Numbered from the stretch's first letter, positions 36,928 to 47,951 are shown. The stretch: 64,000 bases of DNA from Myxococcota bacterium (GCA_965140415.1 OZ223209.1:1184001-1248000), one strand, 5' to 3'. Numbers and translations are program-made. The notes: generated from the letters alone by a model not told the origin.

Positions 36928-39390
36928 ATGACGAAAAAGCGCACGATTTTGGGCTTTCTCGTGGTTATCCTGATTCTGGCCGCAGGTCTGATGGCTTGCG
37001 ATGACAAACCCGATCGGTCTCTGACCATTCAGGCCTATGCCCCGTTGAACCAGGAATCCGGTAAAACGACACCGGTTATGCAGGACGTCAAGCGCTTGCG
37101 TATCGGCGTGTTCGAGAAAGAAGAGAACGGCAGCTACACCAAGGTGACCACCTATCCCTTCCAGGGTCTGGTGCAGGACTACTACGAGTGTTCCGCTCGT
37201 ATCACCGTCGCCTCCACCGGCAATATCGCAGATAGTGTTACCTGTCAGCATTGCGTAGAGGGCGAATGCAAAACCGCCAGCGAATCTAGTGATTCCGATG
37301 GCGTGTTCAAGATTTTCAAAGCCACCTGCCAGGCTCCCACGGTTAGCGGTTCTTCGAACTGCGCCATGTTCAACGGCGAGAACGTCTGTGTTGAAATCAA
37401 CATCAGTGGGGAAACCGGTTCCTGCCAAGGCTATTACGAAATCGATCCTTCGTCCATCGACGAAGTCATCCTGGATGATTTGCCGACCTCGACCACCGTT
37501 CCTTATTACTACCTGGTCGAAGGTTATGGTAATGCCAGCGTGTATTCGCAGGTTAGCTGCGATATTGCAGGCACCAGCAGCGAGTGCGACACGGAATGGT
37601 ATTGCCGCACCAACCCCAACACCATGAACAACGTCTGCACGCGCACCACCTATCTGACTCCGGTCGCGCGCGGAATCAGCGCTCCTACCATTTATAATGG
37701 CGACGACGCTGCGGTGGCGGAAGTCTTCTTCTCGCTGGTCAGCAATTTCGGTTTCACCACGCTTCTCGACGGCAGCAATTCTACGCTGAACGGCGCGATT
37801 GCCACGACCGACAGCGGCACGGGTGGCGGCGGTCAAACCACCAGCAACGAACGTGCCTATCACGAATCGCTGGCGCTGCCCGACGGCAAGGTGTTGCTTG
37901 TCGGCGGTGAAGGTCCGGCTAGCGCCACCGGCGCGGCGACCTATCCGCTTAGCGGCCTGCTGTTCGACCCGGATACCAACGAATTCAATGAGATCGCCTT
38001 AAGCGGTCTGTCCCAGGGTCGTGCATATTTCGCCATGGTTCCCGTGGCGGAAGAAACCAGCTCGGTTATCGAGCCGACCGAAACCGACGGCGATACGTCC
38101 ATCACCACCGATGGTGATACCACGGTTGACGGTGATACGGCGGATGGCGACGCTGTGGTAGACGGTGACTCCACCGGCGGCAGCGTGTTCAGCAACATGC
38201 AGGAAGATGACACGACGACCAAGCGCTTCTTCATTATCGGTGGAAAAATCGCTACTGGCCCGACAGGCGAAGTGCTTTACGGAACCTATCAGTCCATCGG
38301 CGACGAAGCCGCCGTGGCGCTGCAAGCCATCAATGGCACCATTACCCCGGTGTTCCAACTCGCGACTGCCACCCTGCCGGATGGCAAGATTCTGATCACC
38401 GGTGGTTACAGCACCGAAGGTCCGGTCAAGAACGCCTACGTGTTGGATCCGTTCAACGCTGCCGGTCCCACCTTGCAACAGGTTGGTGCGATGCAAGTCG
38501 CCCGTTACCGCCATACCGCTACAACGCTGCCCAGCGGCCACGTCGTGATCGTCGGTGGTATGACTGCGGATGGTTCGACCATTTCCGATGTGGAAGTGTA
38601 CGATCCCGACACGATGAAGTTCAGCAGCTATGAAGCTTCCGAAGATGAGACGGCTTCCGATCCGCTGCTGACCAGCCGCGCCGGGCATATCGCCGTTCCG
38701 TTGGTTCGTTACAATGCCGATGGCACCGTCGATGCCGCCGGCAGCCGCGTTGCCATCTACGGTGGATATCGTGTGCTGGAAGGTACCAAAACCTACTTCA
38801 ATAACGAAAAAGCCAGCACCCGTGAAGTCGATGTGCCTTTGATCGACTTCCAGGGCAAAGTTTATCCGTACACGCCGACCTATAGCTCCGGATATTTTGC
38901 CGCTCAGAAACTGGATACCTTGAATCAGGGTCGTGCCAACACGCAGGTCAAAGTGACCTCCTATCATCTGTGTGTGGATTCGGAATGGGCCTGGTTGGGC
39001 GATTCCCCCAGCACCGTCATGGTATTTGGTGGTCGCGGTGGTTACGTCAACACCCAGGATACCGCCACGGGTTATTTCTACAGCGATTGGTTGGAAGTGC
39101 TGACCTTCGTGCAGGATGAATCCGCTGGCGGATTCAAGTTCGGAAAATTCCTGTTCGGTGCGGATGACAACGACAACACCCAGACGCCGTTCAAGCTCAG
39201 CAGCATGAACATCGGTCGTGGCGGCATGAGCGTCACTCCGCTGCAAAACGGGATGTATCTCGTTGCCGGTGGTAAGACCAGCCGCAACGGAGCCAGCGAG
39301 CAGATCACCAGCACCGGTGAAATCTTCAATCCGCCGGTTTACAACAGCTGGACCAACGACGTGCTTTCCGTGATCGAAAGTTACTATTGA
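36928..39390 (+). CDS. Kelch-repeat lipoprotein (frame open from 36874)
   Basis: Lipobox LMAC; RAYHESLALPDGKVLLVGG, ARYRHTATTLPSGHVVIVGG and similar repeats. Confidence 0.85.
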   Translation: MTKKRTILGFLVVILILAAGLMACDDKPDRSLTIQAYAPLNQESGKTTPVMQDVKRLRIGVFEKEENGSYTKVTTYPFQGLVQDYYECSARITVASTGNIADSVTCQHCVEGECKTASESSDSDGVFKIFKATCQAPTVSGSSNCAMFNGENVCVEINISGETGSCQGYYEIDPSSIDEVILDDLPTSTTVPYYYLVEGYGNASVYSQVSCDIAGTSSECDTEWYCRTNPNTMNNVCTRTTYLTPVARGISAPTIYNGDDAAVAEVFFSLVSNFGFTTLLDGSNSTLNGAIATTDSGTGGGGQTTSNERAYHESLALPDGKVLLVGGEGPASATGAATYPLSGLLFDPDTNEFNEIALSGLSQGRAYFAMVPVAEETSSVIEPTETDGDTSITTDGDTTVDGDTADGDAVVDGDSTGGSVFSNMQEDDTTTKRFFIIGGKIATGPTGEVLYGTYQSIGDEAAVALQAINGTITPVFQLATATLPDGKILITGGYSTEGPVKNAYVLDPFNAAGPTLQQVGAMQVARYRHTATTLPSGHVVIVGGMTADGSTISDVEVYDPDTMKFSSYEASEDETASDPLLTSRAGHIAVPLVRYNADGTVDAAGSRVAIYGGYRVLEGTKTYFNNEKASTREVDVPLIDFQGKVYPYTPTYSSGYFAAQKLDTLNQGRANTQVKVTSYHLCVDSEWAWLGDSPSTVMVFGGRGGYVNTQDTATGYFYSDWLEVLTFVQDESAGGFKFGKFLFGADDNDNTQTPFKLSSMNIGRGGMSVTPLQNGMYLVAGGKTSRNGASEQITSTGEIFNPPVYNSWTNDVLSVIESYY

Positions 39391-39427
39391 TTCGATAAAG
39401 CCCGCCTTTAGCGGCTTTGGATTCCGT

Positions 39428-39454
39428 AAGGGGCGCATTTGCGCCCCTTTTTTT
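39428..39454 (+). terminator. Intrinsic terminator
   Basis: AAGGGGCGCA-TT-TGCGCCCCTTTTTTT. Confidence 0.88.
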
Positions 39455-39509
39455 GTAGGTAGGTGATAGTCAATCGGGTAGCGACTGTTATCAAAATCAA
39501 GCGAATTTT

Positions 39510-39787
39510 GGTTTCCAGTGGTTGTAATTCGAATGAAGGGAAATGTAAACAAGTAGGATGGGCAATTGTTTTGCCCATCACCCGAGATTGAGTCTAATCA
39601 AAGAAGACAAACATTTGGAGCAGGGCAGGAGCCCATGCTCCAACGGAAGGTTTCCAGTGGTTGTAATTCGAATGAAGTGAAATGTAAACAAGTAGGATGG
39701 GCAATTGTTTTGCCCATCACCCGAGATCGAGTCTAATTAAATAAGACAAACATTTGGAGCAGGGCAGGAGCCTATGCTCCAACGGAA
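39510..39787. repeat. Tandem 139-bp duplication containing two REP-like palindromes per unit
   Basis: Units start GGTTTCCAGTGG at 39510 and 39649; contain GTAGGATGGGCAATTGTTTTGCCCATC and TTGGAGCAGGGCAGGAGCCCATGCTCCAA. Confidence 0.92.
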
Positions 39788-39847
39788 ATCCTGATCCATC
39801 GCTGGGAATGAATAAGAGAAACGATGTATTCGATTGTGGGAGGAAGC

Positions 39848-40720
39848 ATGTTCGATACGCTGACGCAGACCGGTTTAAAGGCCATGGCGCAACGCATCCG
39901 AAAGGATGTCTTGATACAGACCTTTGTGGCCAACTCCGGTCATCCGGGGGGGCCGTTGTCTGCCGCAGATTATTTGACGACCCTTTTTTTCCGCTATTTA
40001 CGCAGCGATCCACAGCGCCCGGACTGGCCGGATCGCGATCGATTCGTGTTAAGCAACGGGCATTGTTCGGCGTTGATCTACGCCCTGCTGGCTCGCCGCG
40101 AATTTTTTCCCTTGGAAACGCTTTTAAGTTTCCGACAATCCGGCTCGATCTTGCAGGGACATCCCAATCGCTTGAAAGTACCCGGCCTGGATGCCTCCAC
40201 CGGTTCGCTGGGGCAGGGGCTGGGCCTGGCTCACGGCATGGCGCTGGGGGCCAAGCAGACCGGCAAAAACATACGGGTTTTCGTCAACCTCGGCGACGGC
40301 GAACTTCAGGAGGGAGCAATCTGGGAAGCGCTGATGGCCGCCGGGCATTACAAAACGGAAAACCTGATCGCCATGGTGGATTACAATCAGGTGCAAATCG
40401 ATGGTTGTGTGGAAGATGTGATGGGTGTAGCGCCGTTGGCTGATAAAATGCGCGCTTTTCGCTGGCGCGTAATCGAAGCGGACGGCCACGACTACGACGC
40501 CATCGACGACGCCTTTTTCCAGGCGTTGTCACCCGCCGACCGCCCCAGCATCATTCTTTTCAAAACCTGCATGATGCACGGCGTGGCCAGTTTCGAAGAC
40601 GATGCCGCCTGGCATGGTCGTCCACCAAAAGAGGAAGAACTGGCGCAGATGCTGGCTGAGCTGGGTTTCGAGCTGACCGTGGAAGAGGCCGTAAGGCAAT
40701 ATCGGCAGGGGAGGGCATGA
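39848..40720 (+). CDS. Transketolase, N-terminal (TPP-binding) subunit
   Basis: SGHPGG, RDRFVLSNGH, TGSLGQGL, GDGELQEG. Confidence 0.95.
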   Translation: MFDTLTQTGLKAMAQRIRKDVLIQTFVANSGHPGGPLSAADYLTTLFFRYLRSDPQRPDWPDRDRFVLSNGHCSALIYALLARREFFPLETLLSFRQSGSILQGHPNRLKVPGLDASTGSLGQGLGLAHGMALGAKQTGKNIRVFVNLGDGELQEGAIWEALMAAGHYKTENLIAMVDYNQVQIDGCVEDVMGVAPLADKMRAFRWRVIEADGHDYDAIDDAFFQALSPADRPSIILFKTCMMHGVASFEDDAAWHGRPPKEEELAQMLAELGFELTVEEAVRQYRQGRA

Positions 40721-41685
40721 TGAAGATTTCGACGCCGGAACCTCAACCTTGGAAGATGCAGTTGACTCGCCAGGCCTTTGCTGATGCGTTGCTTACATTG
40801 GGCGAAGAAGATGAACGCGTGGTGGTGTTGGATGCGGATTTGTCGCAGTCCACCTTGACGAGCCAGTTTGCAAAACGTTTTCCCGAGCGCTTTTACAATA
40901 TGGGGATTGCAGAGCAGGACATGGTCGCGACCGCCAGCGGCATGGCGCTGATGGGCCTGCGTCCGTTTGTCACGTCGTATGCCATGTTCGTTGCCGGGCG
41001 GGCATGGGAGATCGTTCGTCAGCAGGTTTCATACGGTCAGGCGGGCGTGGTGGTTTGCGGTTTGCATGGTGGAATCTCAGTCGGAAAAGACGGCCCGACT
41101 CATCAAAGCATGGAAGATCTTGCCTTGATGCGCGTACTGGCCGGGATGAGCGTCGTCGTTCCTTGCGACTACTGGGAAACGTACAAAACCGTGTTGCACG
41201 CCGGTCGCAGTAACGAGCCTTTCTATTTTCGAATTGGACGAGAAACGGTGCCGAGTATCACGACGGAGAAATCGCCGTTTGAAGTTGGAAAGGCGGCGTG
41301 TCTGGCCGATGGCAAGGATGGCTGCATCGTGGCTTGCGGTTTGATGGTGAGCCAGGCGCTTGCCGCTCTGGACATATTGGCGAAGCGTAATGTTTATCCG
41401 CGCTTATTGAACCTGCATACCATCAAGCCAATCGATCGCGAGACCATTCTTCTTGCTGCCAGGGAAACGGGTGCCATTTTAACGGTGGAGGAACATTCTG
41501 TTAACGGTGGCATGGGCTCGGCAGTGGCGGAAGTCGTGGTGCAATCGAAATCGCCTGTGCCCATGCGTATAATGGGCGTTAAAGATCGTTACCTGGAATC
41601 GGGAACGCCGGAAGAGTTGATCGAACTGGCCGGACTGACGCCGGATGACATCGCTATTAATCTGCTGCAACTGAAGGAAAAATAA
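40717..41685 (+). CDS. Transketolase, C-terminal subunit
   Basis: GIAEQDM, DGPTHQ, EEHSVNGGMGS. Confidence 0.95.
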   Translation: MMKISTPEPQPWKMQLTRQAFADALLTLGEEDERVVVLDADLSQSTLTSQFAKRFPERFYNMGIAEQDMVATASGMALMGLRPFVTSYAMFVAGRAWEIVRQQVSYGQAGVVVCGLHGGISVGKDGPTHQSMEDLALMRVLAGMSVVVPCDYWETYKTVLHAGRSNEPFYFRIGRETVPSITTEKSPFEVGKAACLADGKDGCIVACGLMVSQALAALDILAKRNVYPRLLNLHTIKPIDRETILLAARETGAILTVEEHSVNGGMGSAVAEVVVQSKSPVPMRIMGVKDRYLESGTPEELIELAGLTPDDIAINLLQLKEK

Positions 41686-41699
41686 TACAAGCAGATGAA

Positions 41700-41816
41700 G
41701 GTCGGATAAAATTCTTGTCCGACATGAATCTAATCAAAGAAGGCAAACATTTGGAGCAGGGCAGGAGCCCATGCTCCAACGGAAGGATTGTCGATCAGAA
41801 AATCTGACCGACCTAT
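41700..41816. repeat. REP-like palindrome cluster
   Basis: GTCGGATAAAATTCTTGTCCGAC; third copy of TTGGAGCAGGGCAGGAGCCCATGCTCCAACGGAAGG; GTCGATCAGAAAATCTGACCGAC. Confidence 0.8.
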
Positions 41817-41859
41817 GGCTTATAGATCGCAAACTGTGACACGACGCGGCGGCAGACCT

Positions 41860-42060
41860 ACTAAATCCGCACTAAAACGACAGTAAACGCACACTAAAAC
41901 TACACTAGATGACCGTAGATGAGCACCAGATTTTAGGATTAGCGGCCCATAGTGAGCCATAAAACGCCCAAAGAGTGCCAGGATGCCGAGTTGCCGATAT
42001 GCCGCACGGTTTGGGCGCTTTTTACCGGTCGTTTACGGTCATGTAGTGTCATTTGCGGTT
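41860..42060. repeat. Inverted arrays of degenerate 10-11-bp repeats
   Basis: ACTAAATCCGC ACTAAAACGAC AGTAAACGCAC ACTAAAACTAC ACTAGATGAC CGTAGATGAGC; reverse-complement copies at ~42021-42057. Confidence 0.65.
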
Positions 42061-42122
42061 CAGATGGGATTTCGTCCAAAATGAAAGGCAACGCGATTGC
42101 CGATTTTGCGAATCTTTATCGC

Positions 42123-43940
42123 TTACGGAGAGGAGCTTTTTAAAATGTCTCGGGTCTTTTTGAGGTAGGTTTCCAACTCCACCATGCGTTCCACGTCGTT
42201 GTTTTCCAGCGCGCTTTTGGCGTTATCCACCACGGAGTGAATTTTGCCCAGCGCCGCACGGCTTTTGTCGTTGGCGTCGAACTGACCTTCCAAGGCAGGC
42301 AGCACCGTTTCGATGTAGTAGATCATCGATTCCACGTTGGTGCGCACCCGGTTGAGCATATCGTCGTATTCCTGCTCCAGCGCGTATTCGCGATTGTCTT
42401 CGATCATGCCCTGGATTTCGGTATCGGTGAGATAGCTGTAGGCGCTAACGGTGATGGATTGCTGCTGGCTGGTGTCCATATCGCGGGCGCTGACTTTCAG
42501 GGTGCCGTCGGCGTCGAGATCGAAAAATACCTTGATGCGCGTTTCACCGCGAGGCGCGCGCTTGATGTCGCTCATGGTGAATTCGCCAAGCACCACGTTT
42601 TCTTCCACGTTTTCGCCATCGCCTTGCAGAATCACGATGCGCACGGCTTCCTGGAAATCCCGTTCGGTGGTAAAAATGTGGCTCTTGCTGATGGGAATGG
42701 GAGAGTCTTTACTGATGATCTCCTTGAAATAACCACCCGTAATGGCAATGCCCAATGAATGCGGTGTCAGATCCAGCAGCAACATGCTTTGCGATTTGGA
42801 TTCGATCAGCATGTTGCCTTGAATCGCTGCTCCCAATGCCACGGCCTCGTCCGGGTTCAGGCTTTTTTGAGGCGCATTCTGGAAGAATTCAGTTACGGCA
42901 TCTTGAACCAGCGGCATACGGGTTTGCCCGCCTACAAGCAGAATGGAATCGATTTCCTCTCGCCGCAACTGCGAGTCGCGCACGGCTTTGGAGCAGATAT
43001 CGATGGTTCGTTCGATCAGATCCTCGACCATCTCCTCTAAATCTTCCCGGCTCAGGGATTTCTGAAGATGCAGAGGTTGTTGCTGGCTGCTTGTGGCGAT
43101 AAACGGCAGGTTGATTTCCGTATCGTTGACGCTGGAGAGCGAAATCTTGGCGTTTTCTGCGGCGTCTTTGAGGCGTTGAATCGCCATCTTGTCGTCGCGC
43201 AGATCGATGCCGTGCTCCTGGTAGAATTCATCCAGCAGCCATTCCATGATGCGGCTGTCGAAATCTTCACCGCCCAAAAAGGTGTCGCCGTTACTGGTTA
43301 GAACTTCATATACACCGTCGTTGATTTCCAGAATCGAAATATCGAAGGTACCGCCACCCAGATCGTAGATGGCGATTTTCTTGTTCGTGATTTTACCGTA
43401 ACCATAGGCCAGCGCGGCGGCGGTCGGTTCGTTGATAATACGAATGACATCCAATCCGGCAATGGTTCCGGCATCTTTGGTGGATTGCCGTTGCGGATCT
43501 TTGAAGTAGGCCGGAACGGTGATCACCGCTTTGTCTACCGTCTGGCCGACGTGTTCTTCGGCCACTTTTCGCATTTCAGCCAATACCATCGCCTGGATTT
43601 CAGGGATGGAATAGACTTTATTCTGCAACTTGATGCGAATGTCCTTGTTTGGTCCCTCGACCATTTCGAAAGGACAACTGATCTGTGCAGACTGAACGAT
43701 GGGAGACTCGAAAGAGCGCCCGATATAGCGCTTGGCCGCAAAAACGGTATTGGTTGGATTGGTAATGGCCTGTCGTTTGGCAGCATATCCGATCAGTCGT
43801 TTGCCGCTGGGTGTAATCGCGACAACCGAAGGAGTGATCTTGTATCCTGACTTGTTTGGGATGACCTTGGGAACTCCGTCGTCGATAAAGGCCACGCAGG
43901 AGTTGGTCGTTCCAAGATCGATACCAATCACGATGCTCAT
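42123..43940 (-). CDS. dnaK: Hsp70/DnaK-family chaperone (probably a paralog)
   Basis: [58 protein letters not shown]. Confidence 0.93.
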   Translation of the reverse strand: MSIVIGIDLGTTNSCVAFIDDGVPKVIPNKSGYKITPSVVAITPSGKRLIGYAAKRQAITNPTNTVFAAKRYIGRSFESPIVQSAQISCPFEMVEGPNKDIRIKLQNKVYSIPEIQAMVLAEMRKVAEEHVGQTVDKAVITVPAYFKDPQRQSTKDAGTIAGLDVIRIINEPTAAALAYGYGKITNKKIAIYDLGGGTFDISILEINDGVYEVLTSNGDTFLGGEDFDSRIMEWLLDEFYQEHGIDLRDDKMAIQRLKDAAENAKISLSSVNDTEINLPFIATSSQQQPLHLQKSLSREDLEEMVEDLIERTIDICSKAVRDSQLRREEIDSILLVGGQTRMPLVQDAVTEFFQNAPQKSLNPDEAVALGAAIQGNMLIESKSQSMLLLDLTPHSLGIAITGGYFKEIISKDSPIPISKSHIFTTERDFQEAVRIVILQGDGENVEENVVLGEFTMSDIKRAPRGETRIKVFFDLDADGTLKVSARDMDTSQQQSITVSAYSYLTDTEIQGMIEDNREYALEQEYDDMLNRVRTNVESMIYYIETVLPALEGQFDANDKSRAALGKIHSVVDNAKSALENNDVERMVELETYLKKTRDILKSSSP

Positions 43941-43994
43941 ATCTAATTGAGCCTCCACCTAAGAAGAAACAAGGCCGCAATACTCAACAAGCGA

Positions 43995-45269
43995 TTAGAA
44001 CCACTTTTTCGCTTCCTTGAGTTGACTTTTGGCCAATTCGTTTTTTGGATCTACTTCAAGTGCGGCCTCGAACTGCTTAGCGGCCTCATCCTTTTTTCGC
44101 AATCTTAACAGGATTTGTCCAAACAACAAACGATATTCTACATTTTTTGGATCCGATTGCACCGCACGCTTTGCGAACGGCTGTGCATCATCCCAATCCA
44201 TCTGATCGGCATAATGACGTGCGACCTTGATATTGTATTCGGCACCGGATGGGTAAATCTGAACCGCTTTTAGAAAAGCTTCCAAATAGCCGTCCTGACC
44301 GTAGGATTCCAATACCAGGCCTCTTTGATAAAATCTCTCGGCGGTGGCCTTTTCCGCGTTGTCGCGTACCTGCTCCAGTTTCAGCTTGTACAACTCGTTG
44401 TGAGCGTCGAATGAAATGGCCAGCTTCAGATTGCTGGCGGCGGAAAGCCAGGATTCTTTGGAAATATCATGCAGCGCGGCCTCGTAAAACTCGCGCGCTT
44501 TCTTGACCCGTTCCATCAATGGATTGCGGCTGGCGCGGCGTTGCCTGAATTCTTTTTTACGCCGCTGCTCGCGCTTGACCGGATCCTCCATAATATCTTC
44601 TTCACTCTGCTCGATTTCACCTTTCTCGATCAATTCGCGTCGGTATTCTCTGTGTTCCACCGAGTCCATCAGAAGATTGTGAGCTTCGGAGAACCGGTTG
44701 TAGATGCGTTTGATCTTTTCTCCAAAGGAACCAAGTTCTTTTCTGAAATAATTGTCCGGATGATAGCGTTTGGATAGTTTCAGGAATTGAGTTTTAACGG
44801 CTGCTGGATCTGCACTCGATTTTAAACCGAGAATCTCATAATGATTCATGTGTTCAAGGTTTTCGAAAAGATAGAGAATTTCCTTTTTGAAATTTTCATC
44901 CAGTTCAACATCTTCCTGTAACTGCGTCAGATCGAAAATGAATCCACCAAACTTGTAAGGCTTTAATACGCTTTCGGAAACTTCCTCTTCAACCTTGGGC
45001 AACGGGGTGATCTTGCCAGAGGATTTTTCGTTTTCCGAGGAGCCTTTTTCCTGGTCTTGAATCTCTAGAATGCCTTCATCCGCCAGTTTCTTGATAATCG
45101 TGGCCGTAGCGGATTTGTCCAGCAGGCTTAGAAGGTATATTTCACGAACGGTGATTGGCTGCGATATTCTGGAAAGAATGTAACCTTCCTGGGGGGAAAG
45201 TTCCAGATTAAGGATATCTACACCAGGTCGAACGCGAAGAACTGTGTCATCGTGGATGATTTTAGACAT
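43995..45269 (-). CDS. J-domain (DnaJ-like) plus TPR protein
   Basis: NHYEILGL...KRYHPD; C-terminal TPRs. Confidence 0.88.
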   Translation of the reverse strand: MSKIIHDDTVLRVRPGVDILNLELSPQEGYILSRISQPITVREIYLLSLLDKSATATIIKKLADEGILEIQDQEKGSSENEKSSGKITPLPKVEEEVSESVLKPYKFGGFIFDLTQLQEDVELDENFKKEILYLFENLEHMNHYEILGLKSSADPAAVKTQFLKLSKRYHPDNYFRKELGSFGEKIKRIYNRFSEAHNLLMDSVEHREYRRELIEKGEIEQSEEDIMEDPVKREQRRKKEFRQRRASRNPLMERVKKAREFYEAALHDISKESWLSAASNLKLAISFDAHNELYKLKLEQVRDNAEKATAERFYQRGLVLESYGQDGYLEAFLKAVQIYPSGAEYNIKVARHYADQMDWDDAQPFAKRAVQSDPKNVEYRLLFGQILLRLRKKDEAAKQFEAALEVDPKNELAKSQLKEAKKWF

Positions 45270-45585
45270 CAAGATCTATCTATTCATAAAGTTTTTCGAT
45301 TTAAAACGCACTACCATCTTGGGATTCATCCTTTCCGGAATTATGCTTCATTAGGTCTATAATGTCAAGGAAATCAAGGGATTCCTCGTTTTGTACGGCT
45401 GAATGCATTTCGGGTTCATCCTGAATCCCGGCAACCTGCAATGCATTTCCTGTTCTGTTGACTCGAAAAGTTGCAGATTCCTACAATCCTAGTTGATATT
45501 CTTGACCATCGAAACTCAATTTTGGTATGATGCGCAATCGCTGAAGGAAGTCATGAGATGCAATCTGATTGGGGAGATTAGAATA

Positions 45586-46449
45586 ATGAAGAAATCCGTA
45601 GTGTTTATCGCTTTGTTGTGTTGGGGGCTATTGAGTTGCGGGATCGGATGGGCTCAAGCCGAAAAGGAAAAACCGACTGAAGGTGACGCTCCGGCTCAAG
45701 CGGCAGCGCCATCCGCCGAGCAGGCCAAGCCGGCAGAAGAGGTCAAAACGCAATCCGTTGTCGATAAAGGGAAAGAACTGCTCAAGAAATCGGATGATTT
45801 ATGGCAAAAACGGCAAAAATCGGGTTGGGCGATGAAGTCTATCAAAGCCGCAGAAAAAGCCATGACATTCGACGCGGACGAGTTCGAGTGTCAGTGGCGT
45901 GTGGCGCGTGGTTGTTTCTGGGTGGCGGAGCGCAACCCGGATAGCAAGATAAAGGAATCCTTTGGGAAAAAGGGTTGGATTGCCGGGCAGAAAGCCGCCG
46001 AATTGCAGCCGCAGCGGGTTGAAGGCTGGTTCTGGGGCGTGGTTTCGCTGGGGCAGTATTCTACCGGCATTGGCCTCATGCGCGCCTTTTTCAAAGGAAT
46101 TGCAAGCGACTTCGAGAAAATGAACGAAAAGGCGATCAAGCTGGATGGAAAATATGAAATGGGTGGCCCGCTACGCTCTTACGGTCGCTACTGGTTCAGC
46201 GTTCCATCCGTCAAGCGGGATCTGGATCGATCCGAAAAATTGCTGAAGCAGTCGATTGCCGCTGCACCCAAAAAGCTGCGGACGCATTTCTACCTGGCGG
46301 AAACCTATCTTGAAAACGACAAGAAGGATCTGGCCAAGCAGGAACTGGAACTGTGCTTGAAACTCGATCCCAAAGCGGAAGAATACGCCGATGGCATCAT
46401 CTTCAAGAAGGATTGCCAGGCGCTATATGATAAGGAATTCAAGAAGTAG
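45586..46449 (+). CDS. Exported TPR protein (TatT-like)
   Basis: Signal peptide; KAIKLDGKYEMGGPLRSYGRYWF; TPR helices. Confidence 0.75.
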   Translation: MKKSVVFIALLCWGLLSCGIGWAQAEKEKPTEGDAPAQAAAPSAEQAKPAEEVKTQSVVDKGKELLKKSDDLWQKRQKSGWAMKSIKAAEKAMTFDADEFECQWRVARGCFWVAERNPDSKIKESFGKKGWIAGQKAAELQPQRVEGWFWGVVSLGQYSTGIGLMRAFFKGIASDFEKMNEKAIKLDGKYEMGGPLRSYGRYWFSVPSVKRDLDRSEKLLKQSIAAAPKKLRTHFYLAETYLENDKKDLAKQELELCLKLDPKAEEYADGIIFKKDCQALYDKEFKK

Positions 46450-46542
46450 GTTTCATTATCTGCTTCGGATGATCTAAAAAACCTTTGGTCGTTTCTTTGT
46501 ACCGGGGGTACAATCGCGGCATGCAGGAGGCGAAAGCACCGG

Positions 46543-47274
46543 ATGCGTATCGGTATACTCTCGGACATACACAGTAACCTCGAAGCCTTGCAGGTTGTAC
46601 TGGAAACCATGTCCCATCTTAAGGTGGATCGATACATCTGCCTGGGGGATCTGGTCGGGTATGGCGCAAGCCCCAATGAAGTTGTCGATTTGATTCGGCC
46701 ATTGGTGGATTATACCATCATGGGCAATCACGATGCGGCGGTGGCGGGCTTTATGGATTACGAGTATTACTACGACTCCGCCCGCGAAGCGTTGGACTGG
46801 ACTCGCGAAACACTGACTCCCGAAAACATGGAATACCTGAAAGGCATGCCGTATTTCCGTTTGGAAGGCGATGCCCAGTTCGTGCACGGGGAGCCGATGC
46901 GCCCGGAATTGTTCAATTATCTCTATACACTTGACCATGCAAGAAATTTGCACTCGCATTTCAACGCCATCCGCAAAGTCACCTTTGTGGGACATTCGCA
47001 TTTGCGCCGCGTCTACGAATTATCGGAGACAGAGGTAACCGAACTGCCGGTCGAGAACCTTTCCTTCAAACAAGACAAGAAATACGCCATCGCCATCGGA
47101 TCGGTTGGGCAGCCCCGCGATTACGATCCCCGCGCCTGCTTCGTGATTTTCGATCCGGATATCATGCGCACGGAGTTCTATCGTGTCGAATACGATGTCG
47201 ATCAAGCCGCCGAAAAAATTCTTCAGGCCGGATTGCCGGAATACTTTGCCAGTCGGTTGTATAGCGGGGCCTAG
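46543..47274 (+). CDS. Calcineurin-like metallophosphoesterase
   Basis: SDIHSN, GDLVGYG, GNHD, VHG, GHSH, GSVGQPRD. Confidence 0.93.
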   Translation: MRIGILSDIHSNLEALQVVLETMSHLKVDRYICLGDLVGYGASPNEVVDLIRPLVDYTIMGNHDAAVAGFMDYEYYYDSAREALDWTRETLTPENMEYLKGMPYFRLEGDAQFVHGEPMRPELFNYLYTLDHARNLHSHFNAIRKVTFVGHSHLRRVYELSETEVTELPVENLSFKQDKKYAIAIGSVGQPRDYDPRACFVIFDPDIMRTEFYRVEYDVDQAAEKILQAGLPEYFASRLYSGA

Positions 47275-47951
47275 TGACACGCTCGGTAACTTGGGAATAT
47301 CTCGGGGAATCTTCCGTTGTAGACGCTCACCAGCGCATGGCCTTGCGAGCACAGACCGTACAAGAAGACGAACGCACCATTGGCTGGCTGCAACTGCAAC
47401 AACACCCACCGACCTTCACCTTGGGACGTCGTCCCAATGAGAACAACCTGCATGTCGATACAAGCACATTGACCGATTTGGGTTTCGAGGTCGTTCAAAC
47501 CGACCGTGGGGGATTGGTGACCTATCACGGGCCGGGGCAGTTGGTGGTATATCCGATTGTCCACCTGGGCCGACTGGCTTGTCCGCGCATCCCGGATTTC
47601 GTGTCTAAACTGGAAACGGTGATGATCGAGCTTTGTGCGTTGGCGGGAATTTCCGCTTCACGCATGGACGGCTTTCCCGGTGTCTGGGTCGGTGAAGAAA
47701 AGATCGGTGCGATCGGTCTGCATGTCTCCAACCAGGTCGTGACACATGGATTCGCGTTGAATCTCGCGCCGGATCTGGGACACTATCAGTACATCACGCC
47801 CTGCGGTATCCTTGGAAAAGGCGTGACATCTTTTCAAAAACTCGGTAAGACAATACCCATGCGCCAGGCTGTAGAACACGCGGTTCGGCTGTTCGGGGAG
47901 GTGTTCCACATCGAGATGGTTGCAGCGGAGAAATCGAACGACTCTATTTAA
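47274..47951 (+). CDS. lipB: Lipoyl(octanoyl) transferase
   Basis: HPPTFTLG, DRGGLVTYHGPGQLVVYP, KIGAIG, HGFALN, ITPCG. Confidence 0.96.
   Translation: MTRSVTWEYLGESSVVDAHQRMALRAQTVQEDERTIGWLQLQQHPPTFTLGRRPNENNLHVDTSTLTDLGFEVVQTDRGGLVTYHGPGQLVVYPIVHLGRLACPRIPDFVSKLETVMIELCALAGISASRMDGFPGVWVGEEKIGAIGLHVSNQVVTHGFALNLAPDLGHYQYITPCGILGKGVTSFQKLGKTIPMRQAVEHAVRLFGEVFHIEMVAAEKSNDSI

Noticed and set aside
39510-39787. Possible CRISPR array
   Set aside because: Only two near-identical 139-bp units with no unique spacers and no cas genes; built from REP-like palindromes.
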